A stretch of DNA of 58,530 bases from a candidate division WOR-3 bacterium (GCA_025060715.1 JANXBG010000007.1:1-58530); one strand, 5' to 3'; counted from the stretch's first letter, positions 10,701 to 19,614 are shown. Numbers and translations are program-made. The notes: generated by a model from the sequence alone, not told the origin.

Positions 10701-10998
10701 TATCAATATTTCTTTTATTTAAAGCAAGTTTTTTGGGTAATGAATATATATTTTTATTTCTTCTTGATTTATACAAGGAAAATCTTTTTATTATTTTGGA
10801 ATAAAAATTTGTTTCTCTAAAATTCTCTTTTCTTTTTAATGTAAGAGTTTGACCGAAAATTAAATTAAAGATAAAAAAAATGATAAAAAGCGGAGAGGGA
10901 GGGATTCGAACCCCCGACCCACTTTTAAGTGGGTTCGCGATTTCGAGTCGCGCGCCTTCGTCCACTCGGCCACCTCTCCTATTTAATCTTATTTTCAT
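7771..10998 (-). CDS. M6 (immune inhibitor A-like) zinc metalloprotease with FG-GAP/VCBS-like repeats and T9SS-type C-terminal domain; true start uncertain
   Basis: IRVLAIRVEF, IIFHAG, AHEFVHPLGGYDLYD (HExxH), WSLMGYG Met-turn, EYFLIENRQ, GILIWHID; repeated DxDxDGxxEI motifs; YPNP...SGVYLLKL tail. The first ~36 codons overlap tRNA-Ser. Confidence 0.88.
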   Translation of the reverse strand: MKIRLNRRGGRVDEGARLEIANPLKSGSGVRIPPSPLFIIFFIFNLIFGQTLTLKRKENFRETNFYSKIIKRFSLYKSRRNKNIYSLPKKLALNKRNIDTIRVLAIRVEFKEDNDTLTTGNGKMDLKGFLTEEDGLYYDPPHTKKYFENLLLGLRNYFWHNSLGKLHIEFKVMPEGVLDAYQLPYEMKYYGDTMWKWPNYDFRGVEMGLCRLMEDAFTIADQDTNINFSDYDYFIIFHAGSCAQTDIKENSPFDLWAATINSEALEYYLGKPYIEVDNGKKRIDIACILPEMTRQDTLYEGGINYYGMMGMLGLLAHEFVHPLGGYDLYDVTGHSMGVGGWSLMGYGGWLGSHDCPPGTIPSSLDPFHKILFGFVEPKVVNLSTNNLACFTMCMDSLLFSERETLTFIYKIPISEDEYFLIENRQTDIRKKDTIVVKRENGVVIGVEDGEYDFFLAGSGILIWHIDEKIIREYGPYNAININPSHKGVDLVEADGIQDFDKFIYQDYYEMVGSKYDPFFKGGFLDSLTENTSPSSDGYYGKTYYQFYIHSEPETIMYFSFKNKLLKKELIRNFSEPLLSPLGKDLNCDGIKEVIVPCSTGIIYAYEPNGEPYLGYEILCQLPLEITSDLSIGDITGDSMLEIVVISYERIVVIDAFGNVLFDLFLNGEIKSEVLLYDIDNNNKKEIIVGTEKGYLYIINGEGRIKENFPIKLIGKIKLTPAICDSYIVILTDNNQLHLVSFEGRMKNGFPISLSYSPFSSPSSPIVFDFDNDKNKEILLLVPINLNYKLFIISPEGDIKYSSKEIMEYPAFSYIAIGDVNNDKNYDIITFSKNKIFAFNYNLTLIENFPIIFDSIYLKEIILNGYLFYEEIPFYFYTSPIIGDFDGNEICDIFAGLPNFGVSINNQQRLFTTGGIKTVPFITDLDNDSLIELILTTEDRYLYVYNTFGKEKDIFWQTKLSTTERDGRILKKLEKEAISNKSLINYFYVYPNPITINDQRGYLRFKTTKEAIEAKIEIYDFSFKKLLERKIKNIKVIDNEYEIDIKKFKSGVYLLKLEISFSDTKEVRYYKFGIVK
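10891..10979 (-). tRNA. tRNA-Ser(CGA)
   Basis: GGAGAGG/CCTCTCC acceptor stem, anticodon arm CGCGA-CTCGAAA-TCGCG, long variable arm, GTTCGAATC T-loop, G discriminator; CCA not encoded. Confidence 0.95.
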
Positions 10999-11444
10999 TT
11001 TCTCTTCTTTTCAAAAAACTTTTTTAACAAAAATTTTGTTTCTTCCTCTTTTATTCCACTAATTACCTCAACTTTTCCCTTAATAGAATTATAAAATTCA
11101 GGGTAATTTGAAAAAAAGCCAAACTTTTCTTCTTTAGTTCCGTATACAATTCTTTTTATTCTTGCTAATAATATTGCTCCCATACACATCAAACAAGGTT
11201 CACAAGTGATATAAATAGTAGCTCCTTTTAATCGCCAATCTTTTAAATAATTACTGGCAGAAGAGAGTGCAATTATTTCTGCATGGGCAGTGGGATCTTT
11301 TAGTTTTTCTACCTGATTATGTCCTCTACCAATAATTTTATTTTTATGAACTATTACCGCACCTATTGGTACCTCATTTTCTTTTAAAGCAAGCTCTGCT
11401 TCTTTTATTGCTTCTTCCATAAAAGAAATGTCTAAAAATTTCAT
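10995..11444 (-). CDS. tadA: tRNA adenosine(34) deaminase
   Basis: EVPIGAVIV, DPTAHAEI, TCEPCLMCMGAI zinc motifs, C-terminal FFEKKR. Confidence 0.93.
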   Translation of the reverse strand: MKFLDISFMEEAIKEAELALKENEVPIGAVIVHKNKIIGRGHNQVEKLKDPTAHAEIIALSSASNYLKDWRLKGATIYITCEPCLMCMGAILLARIKRIVYGTKEEKFGFFSNYPEFYNSIKGKVEVISGIKEEETKFLLKKFFEKKRK

Positions 11445-11452
11445 AAAATCTA

Positions 11453-11526
11453 TGCGCCCGAGAGGACTCGAACCTCCAGCCTACGGATTCGTAGTCCGTC
11501 GCTCTCTCCAATTGAGCTACGGGCGC
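11453..11526 (-). tRNA. tRNA-Arg(ACG)
   Basis: GCGCCCG/CGGGCGC stem, TAGCTCAATTGGAGAGAGC D-arm, ACGGA-CTACGAA-TCCGT anticodon arm, GTTCGAGTC; no CCA. Confidence 0.96.
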
Positions 11527-11541
11527 ATTTTTTTAACTATT

Positions 11542-11569
11542 ATTTTACTTAATAATCCTAATTTTTCAA
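11542..11569 (-). promoter_or_regulatory. Sigma70-type promoter of the tRNA-Arg/tadA operon
   Basis: TTGAAA-N16-TAAAAT, 15 nt upstream of the tRNA. Confidence 0.6.
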
Positions 11570-11627
11570 GATTTATTGGTTTTATTTATTTGATTTTTGA
11601 AAGATTTTATTTTATAATTAACTTTAT

Positions 11628-13130
11628 ATGGAAAATTATGTTTTATTTTTAGAAAAAGAAATAGAAAAAAAGAAAAAAGAAGCAATTGATTTACTTAATA
11701 AAGAGAAAAACGGAATTATTCTATTGAATGAACAGGAAAAGGAGAGATTGAAAAGAATAGCACTGGGTGAAAAATTTTTTTCTGAAGATGAAAAAGAAAA
11801 AATAGAAGAAATTTTAAATCTTTCTTTTTTTTCTTATCAGGAATTTTTAAATCAACCTGAATGTTTCGATGAAAAAATCATCGCAATTGAAAAAGTAATT
11901 GGCAGTGCTTCCAGTTTTATTTATCCTTTAATAATTATTTCTTCTAAAAATTCTCAAGAGGTTTTAGAAATTAGTTCAGAGTTCAGCAAGATTTATTTTT
12001 TAGTAAAAGAAAAATTTAATGAGAAATTTTCTAAACTGAACAAAGGAAAAGAGTATCGGCTTAATTTTCTTATGGCACTAAGGGATATTCTATTAGAATT
12101 ACGACCTCAATTGATCGATGATTTTATTAATTTGAAAGAAGCGATTATTTATTACCAAATGCGAAAAAAAATACCTTTCTTATATCTTTTAATTATTGAA
12201 ATTTATATTTTAAAAATGTTTAACTATTTTTTAAATTTTGTTAAAAGAGAAAAGGATTTTCTTTTAGCAATAAAAGTGGATAATAAATTGCTTTATTGGG
12301 AAGTTGCGTATTCTTCACCCCTTTCTTATGTTCCGGTTGATTTTGGTTTAACAATTTCCTTTCTTCAATTTTTTAGTTATTATGTTAATTTTTATTCCAG
12401 CAAAATAAATAATTACAATTTAGCAATTAGAAATTTGGAATTTTTGAGAAAAATTTTAGAAAGCAAAAAATTATTAGGAAAGGAATATTTTTTAACTTTA
12501 AAAAATCTTTCTTTGCTTTATTTAGGAAAAGAAGATTTAGTGAATGCTAAAAAGATTGCAGAAATTTTTTGTAGAGTTAATCCCAATTCCTATGAAGGTT
12601 ATCTTTTACTTGGTAATATTTTAGCAAAAAAACAGGAATATGAAGAGGCTTTAAAATTATATGAAAAAATTTTGAGTTTTGACTTTTTTGAAGAAGAAAA
12701 AGAAAATGTTCTATCTCAAGTATATTGTAATCAAGGGTATATTTTTTTAAATCTCAATAAAATAGCAGAAGCGATTGAAAGTTTCCAAAAAGCTTTGGAG
12801 TTAAAACCTAATTATTTTGAAGCCTATTTTAATTTGGGCAATGCTTATTTTCAAAAAAGAGATTTTTCCTTAGCTGAAAAAAATTATCAAAAGGCATTGA
12901 AATTAAACAAAAGAATACCAATGGTCTATTTCCAATTAGGAAGGCTTTATACCGAATGGAATAAGAAAGAAAAAGCAATTCAATATTACAAAAAATTGAT
13001 TGCTTTAGAACCTAATAATTATATGGGTTTATATAATTTAGGGCTTTTGTATCGGGATTTGGGAAAGAAGGAAGAAGCAGCAAAATATTTAGAAAAGGCA
13101 ATAAGATTAAATCCTAATTTAGGAAAATGA
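11628..13130 (+). CDS. Tetratricopeptide repeat protein with uncharacterised N-terminal half
   Basis: C-terminal TPR units (EAYFNLGNAYF, MVYFQLGRLY, GLYNLGLLY); promoter TTGATT-N17-TATAAT upstream. Confidence 0.88.
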   Translation: MENYVLFLEKEIEKKKKEAIDLLNKEKNGIILLNEQEKERLKRIALGEKFFSEDEKEKIEEILNLSFFSYQEFLNQPECFDEKIIAIEKVIGSASSFIYPLIIISSKNSQEVLEISSEFSKIYFLVKEKFNEKFSKLNKGKEYRLNFLMALRDILLELRPQLIDDFINLKEAIIYYQMRKKIPFLYLLIIEIYILKMFNYFLNFVKREKDFLLAIKVDNKLLYWEVAYSSPLSYVPVDFGLTISFLQFFSYYVNFYSSKINNYNLAIRNLEFLRKILESKKLLGKEYFLTLKNLSLLYLGKEDLVNAKKIAEIFCRVNPNSYEGYLLLGNILAKKQEYEEALKLYEKILSFDFFEEEKENVLSQVYCNQGYIFLNLNKIAEAIESFQKALELKPNYFEAYFNLGNAYFQKRDFSLAEKNYQKALKLNKRIPMVYFQLGRLYTEWNKKEKAIQYYKKLIALEPNNYMGLYNLGLLYRDLGKKEEAAKYLEKAIRLNPNLGK

Positions 13131-13753
13131 ATGATTATGAGTTAAAAATTTTAGAGTTAAAAAAGGGAGTAAAAATTTCCTTGTTTTTAAACGAAAGACT
13201 AATTGGTGAGGGTTTCGGAGAAATAGATGGTGATAAAGGGATTCTTTATGATGTTTACGTTTTTAAAGAATATCAAAGAAAAGGATTTGGAAAAATTTTG
13301 GTTAAAGAAGTTTTTAAGGAGTTGATAAAAAAGTTTAAAGTAAAAAATTTTTTAGTAAGAATGGTGATGAAAGGAGGACAAAAAGATAGTCTTTTAGAAA
13401 ATGCTGGGATGGGAATTTTAGTTTATAAAATGGGTTTTTCACCCCAAATTGACCCTTATCAACTCTTTTCTGAAGAAAATATTAAGAATATTGAAATAAT
13501 TCCCGAAAAGGATATTTATCCTGCTGGTTATCAAATTACCCTTGCTACAGCTCCTTATATTTTAACAGCAATTGTTCTTGATACTTTTTCTCAAAAACCT
13601 CAACCAGAAAAATTTTATTACCGATTTGTTTCTCATAAAAATTTTATTGAATGGGTTTTGGAAAATAAGGTAATCTTAGGAAATATAAATTATTACCTCA
13701 AAGAGGAGAATAAAGAAAAATTTTATAATTTTTTAGAAATAAAAAATGGTTAA
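13127..13753 (+). CDS. GNAT-family N-acetyltransferase-like protein
   Basis: Acetyl-CoA motif A VYVFKEYQRKGFGKILV and YKMGF; ATGA overlap with the TPR gene. Confidence 0.75.
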   Translation: MNDYELKILELKKGVKISLFLNERLIGEGFGEIDGDKGILYDVYVFKEYQRKGFGKILVKEVFKELIKKFKVKNFLVRMVMKGGQKDSLLENAGMGILVYKMGFSPQIDPYQLFSEENIKNIEIIPEKDIYPAGYQITLATAPYILTAIVLDTFSQKPQPEKFYYRFVSHKNFIEWVLENKVILGNINYYLKEENKEKFYNFLEIKNG

Positions 13754-14381
13754 AAGAGAAGAAGAGAGATTTTTAGTTATTTCTTCGGAATATTTAAGCG
13801 AAAAAGTTGGTTGTGGCGCAATTTTAAAAAATATTCCTGTTTTTCGGGAGATAATTGGTTTATGGCAGGCCTTTAAAAATTACGGAATAGAGGAAGTTCG
13901 GGCAGATAAACAGTCACAGAAGATTTTACAAAAAGAAGAGATTGTTGGGCCATTTTGTTCAAATGCTTTGGTAAATAAAATTCCTTTAAAACCTAATTTT
14001 AAAACATCTTTTCTTAATCAGGATATCTATTTGATTGTTGATGAATATAAAAAGATAGCTTATTTTATTTCTGAACCGGCAAATAAATTGGCAATTGTGA
14101 ATTATTATCGTGACGCAGTTCCTAATTTAGCAAAGAAGTTAAATATTTTTATTCGGGGTGCTTTAAGTAAGTTGAATCCAAAAGGATATAAAAATCTTTA
14201 TGAACTTTTAAATTCGGAAATAATTCCTTTATTAAAAGAAAAAAATATTAAAAATATTGAGATAATTAGTGCCGGAGTAGGAATATCTATTGTTAATCAT
14301 TCTTTAAGACTAGAAACTGGTTTAGTTAATTTTTCTGATACACCAAAATTGATAGCAGAGATTAAGAAAAATTTAGTTTGA
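13746..14381 (+). CDS. Hypothetical protein
   Basis: 211-aa ORF overlapping both neighbours; no recognised motif. Confidence 0.75.
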   Translation: MVKREEERFLVISSEYLSEKVGCGAILKNIPVFREIIGLWQAFKNYGIEEVRADKQSQKILQKEEIVGPFCSNALVNKIPLKPNFKTSFLNQDIYLIVDEYKKIAYFISEPANKLAIVNYYRDAVPNLAKKLNIFIRGALSKLNPKGYKNLYELLNSEIIPLLKEKNIKNIEIISAGVGISIVNHSLRLETGLVNFSDTPKLIAEIKKNLV

Positions 14382-14992
14382 TGATTAAGATTGCTGTTTT
14401 AGTTTCTGGAAGGGGAACAAATTTACAGGCAATTATTGATGCCTGTGAGAATAATTTTATTCCCGGAAAGGTTGTTTGTGTAATTAGTAATATTGAAAAT
14501 GTTTATGCTTTAGAAAGAGCAAAAAAGCATAATATTCCTAATTTTGTAATCTCGCACAAAAATAAAGAGCGAATCGAGTTTGAAAAAGAATTGATTAAAA
14601 AATTGGAAGAGTTTAAACCGGATTTAATCTGTTTAGCAGGATTTATGAGAATTTTAACTCCTTATTTTATAGAATATTATCGCAATCGTATTATGAATAT
14701 CCATCCCGCTTTATTGCCAGCATTTAAAGGTTTATACGGAGAAAAAGTTCATAAAGCGGTAATTGAAAGTGGTGCAAAATTTTCTGGTTGCACTGTCCAT
14801 TTTGTTACTGAAGAAGTTGATGGTGGACCAATTATTCTTCAAAGGATAGTACCCGTAGAAGATGAAGATACTCCCGAGACTTTGGCTGAAAGGGTTTTAA
14901 AAGAAGAACATATTGCTTATCCAATGGCAATTAGATTATTTGCCGAAGGTAGATTAAAAATTGAAGGAAAAAGGGTCAAAATTCTTTATTAA
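14378..14992 (+). CDS. purN: Phosphoribosylglycinamide formyltransferase
   Basis: IAVLVSGRGTNLQAI, LAGFMRIL, NIHPALLP, GCTVHFVTEEVDGGPII. Confidence 0.96.
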   Translation: MMIKIAVLVSGRGTNLQAIIDACENNFIPGKVVCVISNIENVYALERAKKHNIPNFVISHKNKERIEFEKELIKKLEEFKPDLICLAGFMRILTPYFIEYYRNRIMNIHPALLPAFKGLYGEKVHKAVIESGAKFSGCTVHFVTEEVDGGPIILQRIVPVEDEDTPETLAERVLKEEHIAYPMAIRLFAEGRLKIEGKRVKILY

Positions 14993-16463
14993 ATTACTCT
15001 TTTTTTTATCTCCTTTAATTCTTAATTTCTCTTATGCACCAATAAGTTTATTTTTTCTTGCTTATTTTTCTTTCTTACCATTATTTTATTATATTGAAAG
15101 GCTAAGTCCTAAAAAAACTTTTATTTATGGTTTTATTTATGGCTTTTTATTTTCTTTTGGTCATCTTTGGTGGCTATATTTTTTAAAACCCCAAATTGCT
15201 TTAAAAACAAAAATTCTCCTATTTATTGGAATTATAATTCTCTTTTTTTATTTTGCTTTCTATTTTGGTTTATTTTCTTATTTAACCAAGATAACTTCTT
15301 TTTACCTTGCTCCTTTTATTTTGCCAATTTTAGAGTTTATTAGAACAAAAGGAGAAATTGGTTTTCCTTGGGGATTAATTGGTTATACCCAAACCACTAA
15401 CTTAATTTTTTTAAATACTGCTTCCCTTTTTGGAATTTATGGAGTTTCTTTTTTGGTTATTTTTATCAACCTTTTGATTTATAAAATAATATTCTCTAAT
15501 AATAAAAAACCTTTTATTTTATTAATAATTGGTGTAATATTTTTAACCACTCTTCATTATTTTTTTCGTTTAAAAGAATTACCCGATTATTTTAAAGTTG
15601 CTCTTTTACAACCGAATGTTTCACCCGAAGAAAAGGGAACAAAAGAAGAACAGATTAGGCTATTAAACCAGTTGATATCTATGACTAAAAAGGCTTCTAA
15701 GGAAAGGCCTTATTTGATAATCTATCCGGAAACTGCTTCTTTAATTGATATTACTGTTGACACTCCTTATAAAGAATTTTTGAAGATGGTTGCTGATACT
15801 TATAACTGCTATCTCTTTATTGGCACTCCTCGTTATGAGGAGGATAAAGATGGATTTAAGTATTATAATGGAGCAGTCCTATTTGCCCCAAAAAAAGGCA
15901 TTGTTAATGAATATCGGAAACTACATCTTGTCCCTTTTTCAGAAAGAATTCCTTATTATGATAAGATAAAAATTTTTAGATTAATTGAAACCCAAGATAT
16001 GGGAAATTATTCCAAAGGTAAAGAGTATACTGTCTTTAACACCGATAAAATCTTTTTCTCTTGTGCTATCTGTTTTGAAGTTATCTTTCCTGATTTAATA
16101 AGAGAGTTTGTTAAGAGAGGTGCTCAAATGATTGTGAATATTACTAATGACGGTTGGTTTGGTAAGACTTTTGGCCCTTATCAACATTGTGAATTAGCTA
16201 TCGCTCGGGCAGTGGAAAACGGTGTTCCTTTAATAAGATGTGCTAATAATGGAATTAGCCTTATTTGCGACCCTTTTGGTAGAGTAAAGAATAAATCAAA
16301 GTTATTTGAAGAGGAAATAATTTTTGGTAATGTAAAAATACCTTTAAAAAATACCATCTATCGGCAGTTCGGAGATTGGTTTATTTATCTTTCGGTTCTT
16401 ATTATTTTTTTCTATTTTATAATTAAAATTTTATACCCTTTATTTCCTTTTAAGAAGAAGTAA
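14961..16463 (+). CDS. lnt: Apolipoprotein N-acyltransferase
   Basis: Multi-TM N-terminus, GFPWGLIGYTQ, QPNV, YPET, KLHLVPFSE, ICFEVIFP, NITNDGWFG, RCANNGIS. Confidence 0.94.
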   Translation: MKEKGSKFFIKLLFFLSPLILNFSYAPISLFFLAYFSFLPLFYYIERLSPKKTFIYGFIYGFLFSFGHLWWLYFLKPQIALKTKILLFIGIIILFFYFAFYFGLFSYLTKITSFYLAPFILPILEFIRTKGEIGFPWGLIGYTQTTNLIFLNTASLFGIYGVSFLVIFINLLIYKIIFSNNKKPFILLIIGVIFLTTLHYFFRLKELPDYFKVALLQPNVSPEEKGTKEEQIRLLNQLISMTKKASKERPYLIIYPETASLIDITVDTPYKEFLKMVADTYNCYLFIGTPRYEEDKDGFKYYNGAVLFAPKKGIVNEYRKLHLVPFSERIPYYDKIKIFRLIETQDMGNYSKGKEYTVFNTDKIFFSCAICFEVIFPDLIREFVKRGAQMIVNITNDGWFGKTFGPYQHCELAIARAVENGVPLIRCANNGISLICDPFGRVKNKSKLFEEEIIFGNVKIPLKNTIYRQFGDWFIYLSVLIIFFYFIIKILYPLFPFKKK

Positions 16464-18202
16464 ATTCCTTTTTTTAATTCGCCTTTATATCTTTGACCCG
16501 TTGGTAAATAAAGGGAAGCTTTTATATCGTACTTTTTTATATTTTTTATATTTCTTGCTTCTTTTTCTTTCACCACTTGAGAGGATTGGACATAAATCTT
16601 AAATCTTAATGATTGGTTTAAAGGATAACCATCATCAAAATAATTGCAAATCAAATTTATTGGTATGCTTTCTGAAGGAGCATCTGCTTGAAGATAAACT
16701 TTAAAAAAGCCTATTTGACTATCATTCCTCATAATATTTGGAAAATTGAATAAAGTATCAATAATAGTTAAATAAGGATTTTCCGTGATTGGTTTAATAA
16801 AAAGGTTATAAACAGAATCAATTGGATGGATTGCCCGATTTCTAATCTTTAAATAAATATAAGCAGATTCATTAGGATTTAAAACACTATCCCGATTACC
16901 ATAAAAATCATAAATTTTTACATTTTTTAATTCCAAAAAGGCACCACTAACTTTCGTGAGATAGATATTTACTCCCAAATTTCTTTGACATTCTTGTCGT
17001 ATAAAACTGCTATCATTCCAGCCATACCAAAAGTCATTGGTTGAGGCTTCGATCACAAAGGCGTAGGTGATAAACTTTCTCACACCTTCCCATAAAGTAT
17101 CAGCATATTCCCAATCTGCTGAATTGCCATTAGCCGTATATAAAACCTTAGCAATTTGTCCGGTGCGGGAAGTGGAGTAATTATTATATAATCTAAAACT
17201 ATCAACAACTTCTCTTAAAGTTCTAACATCTGGTGGTGTAAAGGTATCATAACCCCAAGGATACATATTATATCTTCCATAAGTATGATAATCAATTTGA
17301 GCTCTTATCTTTTTAGAAAGCATAAAATCTCTTACTACCCTTGTTTCAGGTTCAGAAAACCTTTCTGGACCGCGATAGGCTTCGCTACTAGGATTAGGTG
17401 AAGAGCCAATATTATCATATGCCCATTTATAACCATAATTTCTATTTAAATCAACACCAACATAAGGAGATTGGATAATTCTCCTATTTTTTCGCCAATT
17501 GGCAGAAGCACCGCCAGAATCAGAATTATAAACATAACCATCCGGATTCATAACTGGTATAAAATAGATTTCCCGGTTATTAATAAGCCAAGTGATTAAA
17601 TTAAAAGGATTTGTTGGGTCATAATTGGTCAAAAGATAGGTAATATAATAAATAAGTACGGAAACTCCCATCGGTTCACGGGCATGGGTTGCCGCATTAA
17701 AAAAGACAGCCGGCTCATTCTCATTAGAATCAGGATAATCAGAAATTTTTACACACCATAAAGGACGATTTTGATGGCTTCGCCCAATATCATAAACTCT
17801 TACTAAATTAGGAAAATTATTTGCCAATCTTTGAATTGTGTCAACCATTTCCCAATAAGTAAAAAAATAACCAAAATCTCTCAGAAGTTCCAAATTATCG
17901 GGATCTATTTTAGTAATCTCTCTAAATTTATCTTTAATATTATAATAAGTTATTTCTACTTTAAAACCTTTTTCTCTTATCTTTTCAATCTGTTTTTGAT
18001 TAGTGATAATAACAATAAAACATTCCTCTTCTTCTTCACCAGCCGTGGCAATATCCAATTCCGAAAAAAAATCTCCCAATTTAGTAAAAAGTTCACAAGC
18101 AGTTTTAAAATATACTTTTGCTTCCATTTTTACTTCTTCACTTTTTAAAAAAGAAAAGATAAAAAGAAAAGATAAAAAGACTGCAAGATTTACTTTTCTC
18201 AT
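16412..18202 (-). CDS. Secreted M14 zinc carboxypeptidase (carboxypeptidase T-like) with short T9SS-like tail
   Basis: Signal peptide, THAREP, NPDGY, WRKNRR, GVDLNRNY, FSEPET, DYHTYG; tail LKKGIYFF..KILIIK; AGGAGG RBS and TTGAAT-N17-TATAAT promoter. Confidence 0.92.
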   Translation of the reverse strand: MRKVNLAVFLSFLFIFSFLKSEEVKMEAKVYFKTACELFTKLGDFFSELDIATAGEEEEECFIVIITNQKQIEKIREKGFKVEITYYNIKDKFREITKIDPDNLELLRDFGYFFTYWEMVDTIQRLANNFPNLVRVYDIGRSHQNRPLWCVKISDYPDSNENEPAVFFNAATHAREPMGVSVLIYYITYLLTNYDPTNPFNLITWLINNREIYFIPVMNPDGYVYNSDSGGASANWRKNRRIIQSPYVGVDLNRNYGYKWAYDNIGSSPNPSSEAYRGPERFSEPETRVVRDFMLSKKIRAQIDYHTYGRYNMYPWGYDTFTPPDVRTLREVVDSFRLYNNYSTSRTGQIAKVLYTANGNSADWEYADTLWEGVRKFITYAFVIEASTNDFWYGWNDSSFIRQECQRNLGVNIYLTKVSGAFLELKNVKIYDFYGNRDSVLNPNESAYIYLKIRNRAIHPIDSVYNLFIKPITENPYLTIIDTLFNFPNIMRNDSQIGFFKVYLQADAPSESIPINLICNYFDDGYPLNQSLRFKIYVQSSQVVKEKEARNIKNIKKYDIKASLYLPTGQRYKGELKKGIYFFLKGNKGYKILIIK

Positions 18203-18581
18203 TTTTCCTCCTTAACTAACATCATTAAATAAATTATAAATAAATTTTTATTTTTATTCAATTTTTAAAATATTAATTTTTTAAATTTTTACAATTTTAC
18301 AAAAAGTGTGAATAAAAAAGAGGTTTTTGATATAGATCGCCCAAATCTTTCCTTTGTTGTCAACCTATTTTTTTGCGTATTTCAGCGAGGATAAAGAGGA
18401 TATATTGGTAATTTATCTAATATGGGAGTATAGAAGTAGGATGAAGTTTTTCTACCTAGTAAGTAAATTTTAGAGAAAGTGATACAATTGATATTGGTAG
18501 TGATGCCTATATTTATCCTTTTGAAACAGAGAATAAACGATTTAATATTTCTATTAATATCAGCGAGCCAATTTTTAAAGG

Positions 18582-19565
18582 TCATATCTTATAAACTTGA
18601 AAATCTTCCTTTTGGGGAGTGCTAGCTATTATAATGTTTTCTTCTTTTATTATCTCTTTTCCTTTTTTTATAATAACTAAAAAATTTTTTTTCTTATCTT
18701 TGGAATAGGCGGAGAGCAAATTAAACATTTTTTCTTCAATTTCCTTATCCGGTGAAAGTAACACAGGTGCATTAAAATTTTGGGGAATAATTAATAGATA
18801 GTTTTTAATCTCACCCAATTTTATTAACCTTTCGTTCTCTTCTTTATTTCGACCAATTACATATTTCTTGCCATCAACCCGAAAATGGCGACCAATTTTT
18901 AGAATTTCAATATCAATTAAATCAAAATCACCTTTTAAATTATCTTTAAAATCTTTTAATCTCTTAGAAAAATTCTCATCCACTAAAAGACAGCCACAAG
19001 AGGTTGGTGGAATCTCAAAAATCCCAAATTCTTGTAATAATCTTATCTGTTCTTTTCTTTCTCTTCCTTTTATGGCGTATAATTTTTCTCTGTCAATCAA
19101 TCCCTTTTCTTCAAAAATTGTTGGCGGTAATAACTTGGCTGATAAGGGCCGCAAAACAATCCCTTTTACCTCTGCTTCCTTTTCAATTATCATTAATTGG
19201 TGAAAATGTTGGCTTTTTGGTCTTTGGGATAAAACCTCACCAGTAATTAATAAATCTCCTTTTATTTCGGCTAAATATTTTTTTGCCTTTTTGAAAAGAT
19301 ATATCCGACAATCAATACAAGGATTCATTCCTCGACCATAACCATATTTTGGTGAAAAAACAACTTCTTTTATGTAATCAATTCCTGCTACTTCTAATTT
19401 TATATTTTTTAAGAAAGTGATTTTATTTCCGCTTGTTTTTGGGCATTTACAAAAAGGTGTTTTTAAATGGTAAGGATAAATTTCTATCCCTAATTTTTCA
19501 CAAATAAGACCAGCTAAAGTAGAATCTAATCCTCCAGAATATAATAACACACCCTTTAATTTCAT
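18582..19565 (-). CDS. ThiI/MnmA-like PP-loop tRNA sulfurtransferase family protein
   Basis: LYSGGLDS PP-loop, PKYGYGRGMNPCIDCR, TGEVLSQRPKSQ, LRPLSAKLL, GCLL, IGRHFR, GRNKEEN. Confidence 0.82.
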   Translation of the reverse strand: MKLKGVLLYSGGLDSTLAGLICEKLGIEIYPYHLKTPFCKCPKTSGNKITFLKNIKLEVAGIDYIKEVVFSPKYGYGRGMNPCIDCRIYLFKKAKKYLAEIKGDLLITGEVLSQRPKSQHFHQLMIIEKEAEVKGIVLRPLSAKLLPPTIFEEKGLIDREKLYAIKGRERKEQIRLLQEFGIFEIPPTSCGCLLVDENFSKRLKDFKDNLKGDFDLIDIEILKIGRHFRVDGKKYVIGRNKEENERLIKLGEIKNYLLIIPQNFNAPVLLSPDKEIEEKMFNLLSAYSKDKKKNFLVIIKKGKEIIKEENIIIASTPQKEDFQVYKI

Positions 19566-19571
19566 AAATAA

Positions 19572-19608
19572 ATTATATTTTGACTTTTTATTAAATTCAA
19601 ATTAAAAT
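19572..19608. promoter_or_regulatory. Overlapping divergent promoters, both apparently leaderless
   Basis: Plus strand TTGACT(19580)-N17-TAAAAT(19603)-N6-ATG(19615); minus strand TTGAAT(19600)-N17-TATAAT(19577)-N6-ATG(19565). Confidence 0.75.
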
Positions 19609-19614
19609 AAATTA

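Noticed and set aside
10880-11652. ORFs 10880-11062 and 11428-11652 on the plus strand
   Set aside because: Antisense translations of tRNA genes (GEGGIRT, RPRGLEP patterns).
18382-18585. 67-aa ORF downstream of the thiI-like gene
   Set aside because: Atypical composition and no motif; not called a CDS, although the ATGA overlap means it cannot be excluded.
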